From assembly GCF_001194135.2 (NCBI RefSeq), contig NC_068984.1:38422767-38486766 (forward strand): DNA of 64,000 bases, read 5' to 3'. Shown here one piece after another: positions 22,605 through 34,130 of the stretch. The translations under genes and the position numbers were made by a program. How positions within the stretch are numbered: the stretch's first letter is position 1; the number at the start of each line of letters is the position of its first letter. The DNA comes from Octopus bimaculoides. Its lineage: Eukaryota. The notes under the pieces are model-generated. The model searched no databases and was not told where the DNA came from. It worked only from the letters and a program-made list of their open reading frames with translations.

Positions 22605-23492
22605 TAGAGCTCTTACCCCTGCTGGCGACAAAGGGACTCTCACTCAGAGTAAAAGGCAGACTGTATGACGCATGCGTACGAACAACCATGCTACATGGCA
22701 GTGAAACATGGGCTGTAACTGCTGAGGACATACGTAAGCTCGCAAGGAATGAAGCCAGTATGCTCCGTTGGATGTGTAATGTCAATGTGAATACCCGTCA
22801 GAGTGTAAGTATCTTGAGAGAAAAGCTGAACATTAGAANNNNNNNNNNNNNNNNNNNNNNNNNNNNNNNNNNNNNNNNNNNNNNNNNNNNNNNNNNNNNN
22901 NNNNNNNNNNNNNNNNNNNNNNNNNNNNNNNNNNNNNNNNNNNNNNNNNNNNNNNNNNNNNNNNNNNNNNNNNNNNNNNNNNNNNNNNNNNNNNNNNNNN
23001 NNNNNNNNNNNNNNNNNNNNNNNNNNNNNNNNNNNNNNNNNNNNNNNNNNNNNNNNNNNNNNNNNNNNNNNNNNNNNNNNNNNNNNNNNNNNNNNNNNNN
23101 NNNNNNNNNNNNNNNNNNNNNNNNNNNNNNNNNNNNNNNNNNNNNNNNNNNNNNNNNNNNNNNNNNNNNNNNNNNNNNNNNNNNNNNNNNNNNNNNNNNN
23201 NNNNNNNNNNNNNNNNNNNNNNNNNNNNNNNNNNNNNGCCCCTGGACTGGCTTGTGCGGGTGGCACATAAAAGACACCATTTCGAGCGTGGCCGTTTTCG
23301 TGCGGGTGACACGTAAAAGCACCCACTACACTCTCTGAGTGGTTGGCGTTAGGAAGGGCATCCAGCTGTAGAAACTCTGCCAAATCAGACTGGAGCCTGG
23401 TGTTGCCATCCGGTTTCACCAGTCCTCAGTCAAATCGTCCAACCCATGCTAGCATGGAAAGCGGACGTTAAACGATGATGATGATGATGATG
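22605..23492 (+). mobile_element. Young 5'-truncated RTE-clade LINE: ORF C-terminal region, N gap (22839-23237), 3' UTR and (GAT)n tail
   Basis: ELLPLLATKGLSLRVKGRLYDACVRTTMLHGSETWAVTAEDIRKLARNEASMLRWMCNV is the typical RTE post-RT LY..CVR..MLYGSETW region. It ends ggacgttaaacgatgatgatgatgatg. Confidence 0.92.
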
Positions 23493-23730
23493 TAAACTGG
23501 GATAACTCTAGTTATAATTCACTCATTAAATGTTTTTTTACAGTGGGAGAACTTACTGAAATTCAGTTTAACTGCTCCTCCATATTCACACAACATAGAT
23601 TCTTCTCTACATATCATCCCTGCCACCTAATATTCTGCCTTAAGAAAGTGTTTATACAGAAAATATATAATTGAACAAAGAGAAATCTAGGATTTAAAAT
23701 GATCTAATTTAGTTTCAATAAGTTAAATGT

Positions 23731-24052
23731 GTAGGCACAGCTGTGTGGTAAGAAACTTGCATCCCAACAACATGGTTCTGGGTTCAGTTCTACTGTGTGA
23801 CACTTTGGGTAAGTGTCTTCTACTATAACCTCGGACTGACCAAAGCCTTGTGAATGGATTTGGTGGATAGAAACTGAAAGAAACTCATTGTACATACATA
23901 CATGTGTGTCCCCCACCACCACTTGACAACTGGTGTTGGTGTGTTTACATCCCTAGAATGTTTGGCAAAAGAGACTGATAATAAATAATAGTCTTGAGGT
24001 CAATTTGGTGCTCCAGCATGGCTGCAGTCAAATGCCAAACAAGTAAAAAGAT
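23731..24052 (+). mobile_element. SINE family A (tRNA-like head, CORE-like segment, tail type i)
   Basis: gctgtgtggtaagaaacttgc...gggttcagttc...actttgggtaagtgtcttc...ggtgctccagcatggctgcagtc...aacaagtaaaaaga. Confidence 0.85.
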
Positions 24053-24160
24053 ATATTAGAGAAACAAGAAATGGACTAAACACCTTTTAATATTTTGTTC
24101 CTCTACAATCTGTGTTCAAATCTCATCATAGTTAACCATCTTTCATTCCTCTACATTTGA

Positions 24161-24375
24161 AAGGCAGCGAGCTGGCAGAAATGTTAGCACATCAAACGAA
24201 ATGCTTAGCAGTATTTCATCTGTCTTTACGCTCTGAATTCAAATTCTGCTAAGGTGGACTTGCCTTTCATTCTTTTGGGGTCGATAAATCAAGTATCAAT
24301 TGCGTACTGGGGTCGATCTAATCGACTAGCCCCCCCATCCCCAAAATTTCCGGCTTTGTGCCTAGAGTAGAAAAT
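24161..24375 (+). mobile_element. SINE family B with a 16-bp target-site duplication
   Basis: attcctctacatttga at 24145-24160 and 24376-24391 flanks a complete element. Confidence 0.92.
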
Positions 24376-25199
24376 ATTCCTCTACATTTGATAAAATATG
24401 CAACAGTCACATGTCTGGATTTATGCAATCAACTCTTACTCATCTACAAACTTAAGCCCTAGTGCTAATGTGAGTTATTTATAGTCAGAGGAAAAGTTTT
24501 CAAAGCAGTTAGTACATGAAGATAAATTTGTATTGTTTACATAAAGAGATTCTGAATAATCAAATCTTTCAATCAATCAATAATGAATCAAATGCGCAGT
24601 AGCATATGTATTTGAAAGTAGGGATATTAATAGTTAGTATAGTATCCAGTGAACCATATACCTTGCTATTTATAATTTGAGTTATATCTAAATAAGTACA
24701 GTATATAAATAAATGTAATACAACTGTTATAGTGACACAATTAACTGGCATGTTGAAATTTGTGTCAAATATATGCAAAACAATGCTTTAAATGTTAATT
24801 CACACACATTTAATATTTGTGTTCAAAATACATTTACAGTATATGTTTGAGAATATATGTTTATTCTTTTTTAGCATTTGCACAATAGAAATGTGAAAAA
24901 TCATAAGAGAAAGATCAAAAGAATACACATGGCCAGTGCTATTACTATAAGGTTTGGGGGAAATATTCAAGTGTAATGTCAATATGAACTAGTGACAAAA
25001 ATGTCAAATGTTGGAGGAGAAATAAATCAATTTAGTTAGCAGAAATATTGATTATTTCTAAGGTTATTTCTAGATAAGTTAAAGTGTACTCAATCATTAA
25101 TATTTCTCACATCCCTTTAGGGTTTTTTTTTTTTTGTTTCTTTTGAAAATAGATTTGTGAAATTGCCACATTTAGATAACATTTACTCCAGCCTTACAT

Positions 25200-25378
25200 A
25201 AATCGCTCAGTCTGCTGAAATTAGCAGCCAAATTCTTTTCTGATTACATCACAACATTCTAAAAAAAGGAGGACATATAGTTAATGTAGTTGCAGATATT
25301 CCCTAGAAAAAGATGGAATGCATTTGATCATTGGCTTGCTCAGTTAGGGCTGAACTAGGGCTAAATAATAGCAACAAC
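25200..25378 (+). mobile_element. Family D retroposon
   Basis: tcgctcagtctgctgaaattagcagccaaattc...gggctgaactagggctaaataatagcaacaac. Confidence 0.65.
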
Positions 25379-27214
25379 ATTTTCAGTACTATTTTGGCTG
25401 AACACTAAACATCAGAACTATCTTTGAACAGCCTACTCCAATTATGAAATTATGGTTAAAAATGACAAAACATTTGCTGCATTAAAAGTTTTCAGCCTTT
25501 AATTATCATGAACAATTCTTCAGTAGTGATACTACCTGTAATCATTTCAAATTTTGGCACATGACAAACAATTTTGGGAGAAGGAGGTTAGTCAATTACA
25601 TCAACCCCCAATACTTAAATGGTACTTGTCCCACTTGCTAACAACTCTGCCAGTTCACAACTTTAATGTGCCATCTGTAATGAAGCATGCATTTAACACA
25701 CATTTTGTTTTGTTTTTTTCACTTTTATAGAGAAATAATCCACTTGTTATCAGTATAACTATATTTGTCTACCAACCACAAACAATCTAATCATCAACAT
25801 TTATTACTGATTATTAAAAGATAGGAATTTATCAAGTATATCTAATGGATGATTAAATTCATCCTGGGTTCGCTGTTATACACAACCAGGGTACTCAGAT
25901 TGATTTGTCTGATTTGAGTAATTAATGTTCTCAAAATATTTCATGTAAGCTGATCTGAGATGTTGCCACACCTACCATAGATACACAGATTAACACAGTG
26001 TTGTTGGTCAGTTTCTGTTATTTTACATTACCAAACAAAAACCTTCTTTTGATTGTTATTGCAGAAGAAAACACATTATATCCACATCAGTCAACACTGA
26101 ATTTTAAGATTCCAAGTTTTTTTTTGAAGGTTTTAAATTAACCCTTAACATTTCCCAAATTGATTTTGTAATAGGAACCAGATGTAAAAATTCCTTAGGG
26201 TTTTCACTTTAATCATTCAGGATACAAGAGATAAGTATAGTAGAATCCAGGAGATGAATTAACACCTGCTTTTCAACTCCTTATTTCCCACAAAATGTAC
26301 TCTTGATGTCACCTCTGAATTTTTTGCACCCATTCCTTAGCATATTGTGTATTGATCAGAAATTGATTTGATATCAGAAATTCAAAGAAAGGTACAATGG
26401 AATAGTAGAGATGGCAAGAAACCTGATAATTTTAAAAAATCTTTTGAGAAAGAAAATGGGATCCAAGACATCAGTAATAGATTCTGGAAGCATTATAGAT
26501 TTAGGTGATGGTAAATGGTTACAGTATAGAACTTCGAAGAACTCAGAGTGTCCAGTTACAATAAGACAGCATGTATCAGTGAGAGTCTACCATCTTCAGA
26601 AGAGAGAGTACTGCATCAATGCCAAGATACAACTCTGACTGATGCTGCAAAGGTTCATTAGCTATGACTTTCAGAATTCACTTAAGGCATAGCAGAATAT
26701 AAATATGCCATATTTTCAGTACCAAGATCATATGTTTGAAGTCCTTAACTCTAGAGCAATCAGAAGCAAAAGGTATGTGGAATAAGTGGTGAACAACATT
26801 CAAGATGCAAAATGTTCATCATCCAGTGCTTTTCACTCAAGAGGACAGCTGTAAAATGGCCTGAAGTTATGAATCATTTGAGGTGATAATTACTGTCTCT
26901 TTCACCAAGATATGCTGTATCTCAGCACATGACTTTGCATAAAAAGAAACAAGAAAGCCATGAAGTTCATGCAGATTGATGGAAAAAGTCAGTTCTTGAG
27001 TTTGGTTGTTTCCTTGAAGTATTTTGTTATTGAAACAGATTTGTATTGAGCAACAAAACGTCTACACTTCACTAATAACTTGCTTGTCCACTAGATATAG
27101 TGAAAGGTTTGAAAGAGGAGAAATTTGTTTGATAACCCAAAAAGTTCAACACCTACTCTATGCAATTCTAAAAAGATCTTGATTGTCAAACAGAAAGAGA
27201 AACTTCAATGAGAA

Positions 27215-27242
27215 AGAAAGAAAGAAAGAAAGAGAGAGATAG

Positions 27243-27304
<62 letters not shown>

Positions 27305-27320
27305 AGAAAGAGAGAGAAAG
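27215..27320. repeat. Compound purine microsatellite (GAAA)n-(GA)n-(GATA)n-(GA)n-Gn
   Basis: Directly visible. Confidence 0.95.
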
Positions 27321-29684
27321 AATCTACACATCACTCTTAAGCTTTGAATTCACACAATCAGAGATAGATACAGAAGAAAAGAAACTGTTGCATCTGAACT
27401 GAATATACTATGCCCACCTCTGCTTTGACCAGTGTAAGAATCTACAATTGTACTGGAACAGAATGACTAGTGCAATAAAATATGCTCAGACTGGATATTA
27501 CAGAAGATAAAAGTTAAACTGCACCTAAACAGTATACCACAGAGCATCTGAGCCAATGAAGGAAGCTTCTACACGGACCTTTTAGAAATAGTAACCAAAT
27601 CTTCCTTAAATCCCATCTTATCATCCAGTAAGAGTTCAGTGTGATCATCAACAGGGAAGCATGATTTTTTGAAGAACTGGATTTGCAAATAGCACTTTGT
27701 GATTTGACCTGTGAATGAAAGATCTGCTCAGTGCTGCACAATAGCAGCAGCAGCCATATATCAGCCAAAGTAGTGTATACATTCTCCATTGTTGCTCAAC
27801 CTTTGACCCAATGATAAACATGTTATGGAAACAGTTTCTCTCTACACGAACTGAACTGTAAACCTATCAATTAATGCTGGTTAATCAACATTCCTATCAC
27901 TACTTTATACTTGTTCAATTTATCACACACCGGCAAAATAACTGAAACATTACATAGTATGACAGTGATAATAGGAGTCCATAGCTCAAACAGTTAATTA
28001 CTAGTTGCATACACAAATAGATGGTCTGCACTAGAGACCATCAAGCTATCAAGAATTTCATTAACTTTAGGCACTATGATAGGCTTCATGAAATGTTCTG
28101 TTACTGCCAAGATTAATAACCTATCAGTAACCAAGATTTACAACCAATCTTTATAGAACTTAAAAATCTGTAGTTGGACTACTTGAAATATTTAAATTTA
28201 TTACTACATATGATATTGTTCTTTCTTCAAATAAGGAATATTAACTCAGTACAATTTTGAGTTAAAAATTTCAGTACAAAATGAATCTGTCGTGATTGGT
28301 TTTACCCTTACTTTGCAACATTTATAATTTTTACAGGTCATTAAGTGTCTACCAACTCCTGAGCAGTACTATATCCTGGACATCTCACATGTAGATATCA
28401 CAGCAACTCTTTATAAATTTTCCATCACAAGTTTTGTTTCACGGCATCTGTTCAACGAATACATTAAAATGGATGTCAAATGACAAGTTAACTTAGCAGC
28501 AAATGGCTACACTTTTGTATGCTTTACAATTGTTTTAATAACTTAATTTGGAATTTCAATTCAGGCAATAGACTAATTTAATTTTATACTTTTTTAATAG
28601 AAACATGGACAGAACTGATTTTGCAATTTGAACAAATCCAATCTAATGGAATATATTTTTTTTATAGCTGGATGCCCTTCCTACCAACTGCCCAGCTGTG
28701 GAGAAGCATAATCTGAAGCTAACTAGGTAAACTGAAGCAAACAGAGCAATAGGTCTTGCCTACAGAAACAATTTGGTTGTAGTAAGCATTCAAATATGGT
28801 CAGCAATTCACTCCTTAGTCAGTTAGGTTGATAAAATAAGCTGGAGGTTCCAAACTACAATCTTTTTGCTATGTTGAGTATGTAAATTACTCTAAGTGCT
28901 CTGCTCAAGTAGCTGCTTTGTGTGGTTACCATAAGACTATACAAATAATGCTAAGTGAGTAGTTCCATAAAATGACAAATAACTTTAAAGCTATAACACT
29001 TACATTGAGGCTACATACGATGTCTAGTAATGCTAAAAAGGGAAGATAAAGTATTTAGAATAGTGGAACATTTAGCTGCTTCTAGCTAGAATGTCTGTGG
29101 GAGAAAAGTATGTTATGTAATGAATTGGGCATGCTGTGCTCATTGACAAATGAAAAAGAAATATGATGGTATAAACAGTTACTAAATGAAAGCTATAAAT
29201 GGGAAAAGGAGTCTGCTATTAACTGAAAATAAGGCTCTAAGTATACAAATCAGAGCAGAATTACTGCACAGAGCAATTAAAGAGATGAAACTCTAGTTCC
29301 ATAGGTGTAGTGGGAGGGTAATTTTAGAACCTATAGAAGTAGAACTAATTGTGTAATAATGGTTTCTTATATTTGTAAATGAGGAGGTTATAATTTCTGT
29401 TGACCAATACTGCATAGTTTCCAATTTCATAATGTTAACCAGATAAAAGATGCCAATCTATGGCAGAAAATATTCCTGAAAGAGATGTTTTTAGATAAAA
29501 TGGGGCACATAAAAGTAAGGGCCATACATAGATATGCAATGAAATGTGCCATCTACAGGAATTCATAAGCAGTATTTATAAATAACCAGCATTGGTTATT
29601 TTATTCATAATCAATATTGTATCATTCGGTCATATGCCAGTTATATACAATTTTTCTTATATTCAAATAGCACATCATTATCAT

Positions 29685-30110
29685 TGTTGTCTTAATATCC
29701 ACTTTTCCATTCTTACATAGTTAACATAGTTAAACAGAATTCGTTTCTACAGCTTGACGCCTTTGCTATTACCAACTCTGAATCGTTTCCAAGTTAGGTA
29801 ATATTTCTCCATGGTTGCATGTGTTTTCACGGAAGACTGGTTGTGAACAGCATTGCTTGTATGATGGTGATGTTCATTTATAGCTATCACATAATGTCAA
29901 AACAAGGAGATATAAACACATACATGCATACAAACATATATACACATACAACAATGTTCTTTCAGCATCTATTGAGCAAAACCACCCACAAGGATTTTGT
30001 TGTCTTGGGTTATAGTGGAAGACACTTGTCGATGATGCTGTACAGTTGCACTGAACCTCCAAACCAAGTGAATGGACAGTGAACTTTTTAAGCACACAGT
30101 TATGTCTGCC
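29685..30110 (-). mobile_element. SINE family A with RTE-like tail
   Basis: Tail tatccacttttccattc...tttctacagcttgacgcc, and head ggctatagtggaagacacttg-like sequence near 30010. Confidence 0.65.
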
Positions 30111-30587
30111 TAGCTACTATTAAAAAAGAAGAAACAATGAAGGAATTTATAACTTTGACAAGTAGCTATGGAAAGTTTGTTAGAACTATATGGAAATGGA
30201 AAAAATCAGAGTAAGGAATTATAATAATAGCTAGTAACAGAATTCAAGTTGAATTCAGCATCAAAGCTAGAAACTATTCACTTAAGTCTCTTCAGTGAAT
30301 TCACTAAATGAGAAAGCTTGGAAGTTAATAAAGAACATTTAGCCTAGTGTATTGCAAGTCTCAAACCTTATATTGCATAAAAGCTATCTATAGACAAGCT
30401 AGTAATAAGGACAAGACAAAAAAATGCTACTATGCATAATGAAAGCCATTGTTCATGTTTAAATAAACCACTCAAATTATGAAACAAAAGCAAGTATTGA
30501 TATAAAAAAAGAAGCAAAATATTATATTATGCCACAACATATTTTATAATAGACAGGTTCAGATATATATATGGCAAAAGAAAGACG

Positions 30588-30589
<2 letters not shown>

Positions 30590-30638
<49 letters not shown>

Positions 30639-30989
30639 TGTATATACAGGAATATACACACATACATATACACATATATACGTATATACACATATACACT
30701 CTCTTCTTCATCACACTGTCATTTCCCCTTTCTCTATTGCTTCTCTCTAAATATGTAAATACACTTTCTCCCTCTCTTTACTTCACTCCATCGTCCCATA
30801 ATTCTTCTCTCAGACCCTTAATCTCTCTTCTGTTATCTCTCTCTCTATTTCCTCTCAATAAATACACACACACACTCTCTCTCCTTTACCTTTCTCCATT
30901 GCACCATCCTTCTCTCAGCTCCTGAACCCCCCTAAATATAGTATACATATGTGTGTGTGTGTGTGCGCATACATATATGTACGTGTATA

Positions 30990-31035
<46 letters not shown>

Positions 31036-31345
31036 TATAGACATAGACACATTCTTTCTCCCTTCTCTACTTTTTCACTTCTCTCTAACACACAGTCTTT
31101 CTTCTCTCAGACCCTCAACCTCTATTATAAATACATACCCCCTCTCTCTTTTTGTCTCTCCACTTCTCTCCATCACGCCTCTTTCTCTGTCACACCATCT
31201 TCCTTCTCTCAACCTCTCAATCTTCCTAAATATATAGACACAAACACTCTCTCTCTCTNNNNNNNNNNCTCTCTGCGGCTCAATCCCTCTAAATATACAG
31301 ACACACTTTCTTTCTCTATTTCTTCACTACCCTCCATCACACCGT
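30590..31345. repeat. (TA)/(CA) microsatellites plus a degenerate CT-rich minisatellite
   Basis: A motif like ctctcagaccct.aa.c.ctctaaatata.agacacact.tct recurs about six times between 30720 and 31345. N gap at 31259-31268. Confidence 0.7.
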
Positions 31346-31395
31346 TAAATTTTTGAAAATAAATAGATAAATAAATAAATAAAATATCCAGAAAA

Positions 31396-32127
31396 ATGCC
31401 CAGAAACTGGAGAAACATGGAATTGTTTTTGAGAGCCTGACACTGTGCTGAAGGAGATAACCCAAACAACATAATCACAGCTGCACTGAAGAGCAATAGT
31501 TACATCAGAACGTTAGCACAGACAGAACGAAAGAAGCAGGAGTTTACATGCTCCTATGCTCTCATATGATCCCATATCAGCACCCTTGATGCCATCTTTG
31601 ATAATGAACACAGCAAAGATGACAAGGATGGAGATACTGATGCAGATGAAAGATGTCACCCCCACTTGGTAGACACTTAAGAAAACAAAGAAGATTCAAG
31701 CAAGAAACCTGCCCGGAAAGTAAACCCAAGTGAAAGTGCCCCTACCACCATTAAAATGAAAAATCATGGAGGTGAAAGAGCCAAGAAAGAACAACTAAAA
31801 GAAGCAAAAACTAAAACAAAAGCAAAAGATGAAATAGCCAAAGAAAGAAGCAAACCCGACTACCCATATAACAAAAAGGACAGAAAGAGACAGTACACAC
31901 AAATATGTAAATTTTACTTGAAAGGTGTCTGCTGGCATGGAGAGGAAGGTGCAGGCTGCTGTTTTGCACACCAAAGACCCCGCCACATAAACATGAAACA
32001 GGGCAGAAACCACCTGCCAAAAGGAAAGGACTATACACCACCTGCCCCAAAACGGAGGTACACAGATGTAGTGCCTGCTTTTGATTTGATAGACAAATCT
32101 AATGATAAATTTAATATGCCTTTATAA
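31396..32127 (+). pseudogene. CCCH zinc-finger ORF relic, probably ORF1 of a non-LTR retrotransposon
   Basis: One frame runs from ATG 31396 to the stop at 32127 with three internal stops (31438, 31567, 31678) and no frameshift. The open part is 31681-32127. Motif C-x7-C-x8-C-x3-H (CKFYLKGVCWHGEEGAGCCFAH) at 31906-31971 follows an acidic then Lys-rich linker. Confidence 0.55.
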
Positions 32128-32974
32128 GATGGTAGGGTGTGAGAAAGAGTCATGAGCAGTTGTTTGAAGGTTTGTTCATTTGTTTTCACATCCCTTTTTC
32201 CATATTAGCATGGATTTGATGATTATACCGAGACATTATTTTACATGTCTTTGAAGGTGCAAAGCATGTAGGTGAAACACCACTTTCAGCAAGGAAATTC
32301 CATAGAACTCAAATGCAAACATGCATAAGTTTCCTTCAGTTACCCAAGGTGTCACACAGTGGGAATGAACCCGAGACTCCATGGTTGAGAAGTAAACTTC
32401 TTAACCATTCAGCTACACCTGTACATGTACACCAAGTATGACTTGGGAAAATCTAATTAGACAAGAAGATGACGAAAAGTTGATTCAGGGTTAAGAGAGA
32501 GAGAGAGAATGCCAGATCAATTTAAATCATGGTAGAATGAATATGGAGACAAAATGAAAACGAAAATGAAGCTGATGATGAAAATAATGATAGCGGTGGT
32601 GGTGATGATGGTAGCGGTGGTGGTGGTGGTGATGGTGAGAAAGAGGAGCAGGATATTTATTACTATTACTCATGGGATTAAATAATTGCCAAGACAAATC
32701 AAGCTCTGTAATTGCATCAATCAACCTCACGGTAACTTAATGTAAACAGTAGCATCTGAGGAAACTATTGATATGCGTCAACAATTAGAGAGAACGAGCA
32801 GCAGTACTTGGTTTGCCTGGGTTTATTAATATCTAAAATAAATCCTAAAAATAAAATAGCCATTAAACAATCACATGAATTCCCTATATTTTGCATAAAT
32901 TACTTGGAAAAAAAAAAATACTGGGCAATTTTCATCTTCAAGAATGATGACTCATTCCAACTTGTTTTATCCAT

Positions 32975-33355
32975 GCAGGTTTGGTTGTATGGTTGAGGAG
33001 TTATTTCTAGATTACATATTCTGGTTCAGTCTCACTGTATAGCACTCTGGGCAAATGTCTTCTACTATTAGCTCCAGGCCAACAAAAACCATTGGTAGAT
33101 GAAAACTGAAAGAAACCCATCGCATATGTGTCTTTCTGTCTCCTTGTCTTGACATCATGTAATAGTTGTAAATAGTTGTCACGGTCATAAAAACAGTGTC
33201 ATTCATATCCAATATTTTGCATGAGGAATTACCTTGCTTAGAAATGGGTGAGGGGTTGGCAAAAGAAAGGATGTCTAGCTGTAGAAAATCATCCTCAATT
33301 AACTCCATCTGACCCATGCAAGCATGGAAAAGTGGACATTCAAATGGTGATGTGG
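32975..33355 (+). mobile_element. SINE family A with RTE-like tail
   Basis: ctctgggcaaatgtcttctac...ctccttgtcttgacatc...gacccatgcaagcatggaaaagtggacatt. Confidence 0.8.
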
Positions 33356-33452
33356 TAATTAAAGAAACTGGTTCAAGTTGAGTTCATAAAATTGTGCAAA
33401 ACTAAATAATAAAATGAACTAATATAGAATCTAAATATAATTTTGTTTTTAC

Positions 33453-33650
33453 ATCATCATCATCGCCAGTTAACGTCCCTTGTCCCATGCTGGCATGGGC
33501 TGGACATGGACACTTTTGGTTCTACATTTGCATGGATGCCCTTCCTTCTGCTTTACAGAATGTACTGGGTACTTTTTTACAAGGCACCAGCATTGGTGAG
33601 ATTACTATGCAGCTTGCAAGACTACAAGAGAGCAGTGGCTTCATGCTAAA
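33453..33650 (-). mobile_element. RTE 3'-end fragment, degenerate
   Basis: catcatcatcatcgccagttaacgtccc...catgctggcatggg...ggatgcccttcc. Confidence 0.65.
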
Positions 33651-33689
33651 AGATGAGGTGGGATTAAAGTATGATAGAAATGGCCAGAA

Positions 33690-34130
33690 CAGAATAAGTT
33701 CCTTGGTGTAGGGTGGCTATTTGCTTACTTACATTTTGGAAGAGGAGGTGTGAGATGATTGCAGTGGAGCAGGGAAGAGATAAAAATAGTTGTGATGAGG
33801 TGTTTGTATGGGTCCTCAAGTGTGGGTGGCTGGAGGTTACAAGAGAGCATGGACAAGAGATGGGGAATAGTTGAGAGGGTAAATGTAAAAAAATGAAGAA
33901 CAAGTGTTGAGGGATAGTAAGTAGGGAAAGTAAGGAAGAGTAGGTGACAACTGTAGAATAGATCAGATAGGGTTGAGGGGTGAATGTAATGTATGGTGGA
34001 TAACGTGTGTGCAGAGGTGATGATGCACGGAGATGAAGAGTAGCAAAATAATGATGATAGGGAGGAAGGAAGGATAAGGGGGAGAGTGAGAGAAAGAGAG
34101 AGAGAGAGGGGGGCATGATGATTAGTGGGA
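33690..34130 (-). mobile_element. Old pyrimidine-rich interspersed repeat, possibly a Penelope-like 3' region; homologous to 47740-48135
   Basis: The minus strand cacctcatcacaactat...ctgctccactgcaatcatctcacacctcctcttccaaaatgtaagta matches plus-strand 48031-48100 cacctcatcaccactat...ctgcagctcttactgatcattctaaccctcttttctaaatgtgagta. Confidence 0.5.

Noticed and set aside
32565-32640. Poly-His ORF (32527-32730)
   Set aside because: It is a (GGT/GAT)n trinucleotide tract read on the minus strand.
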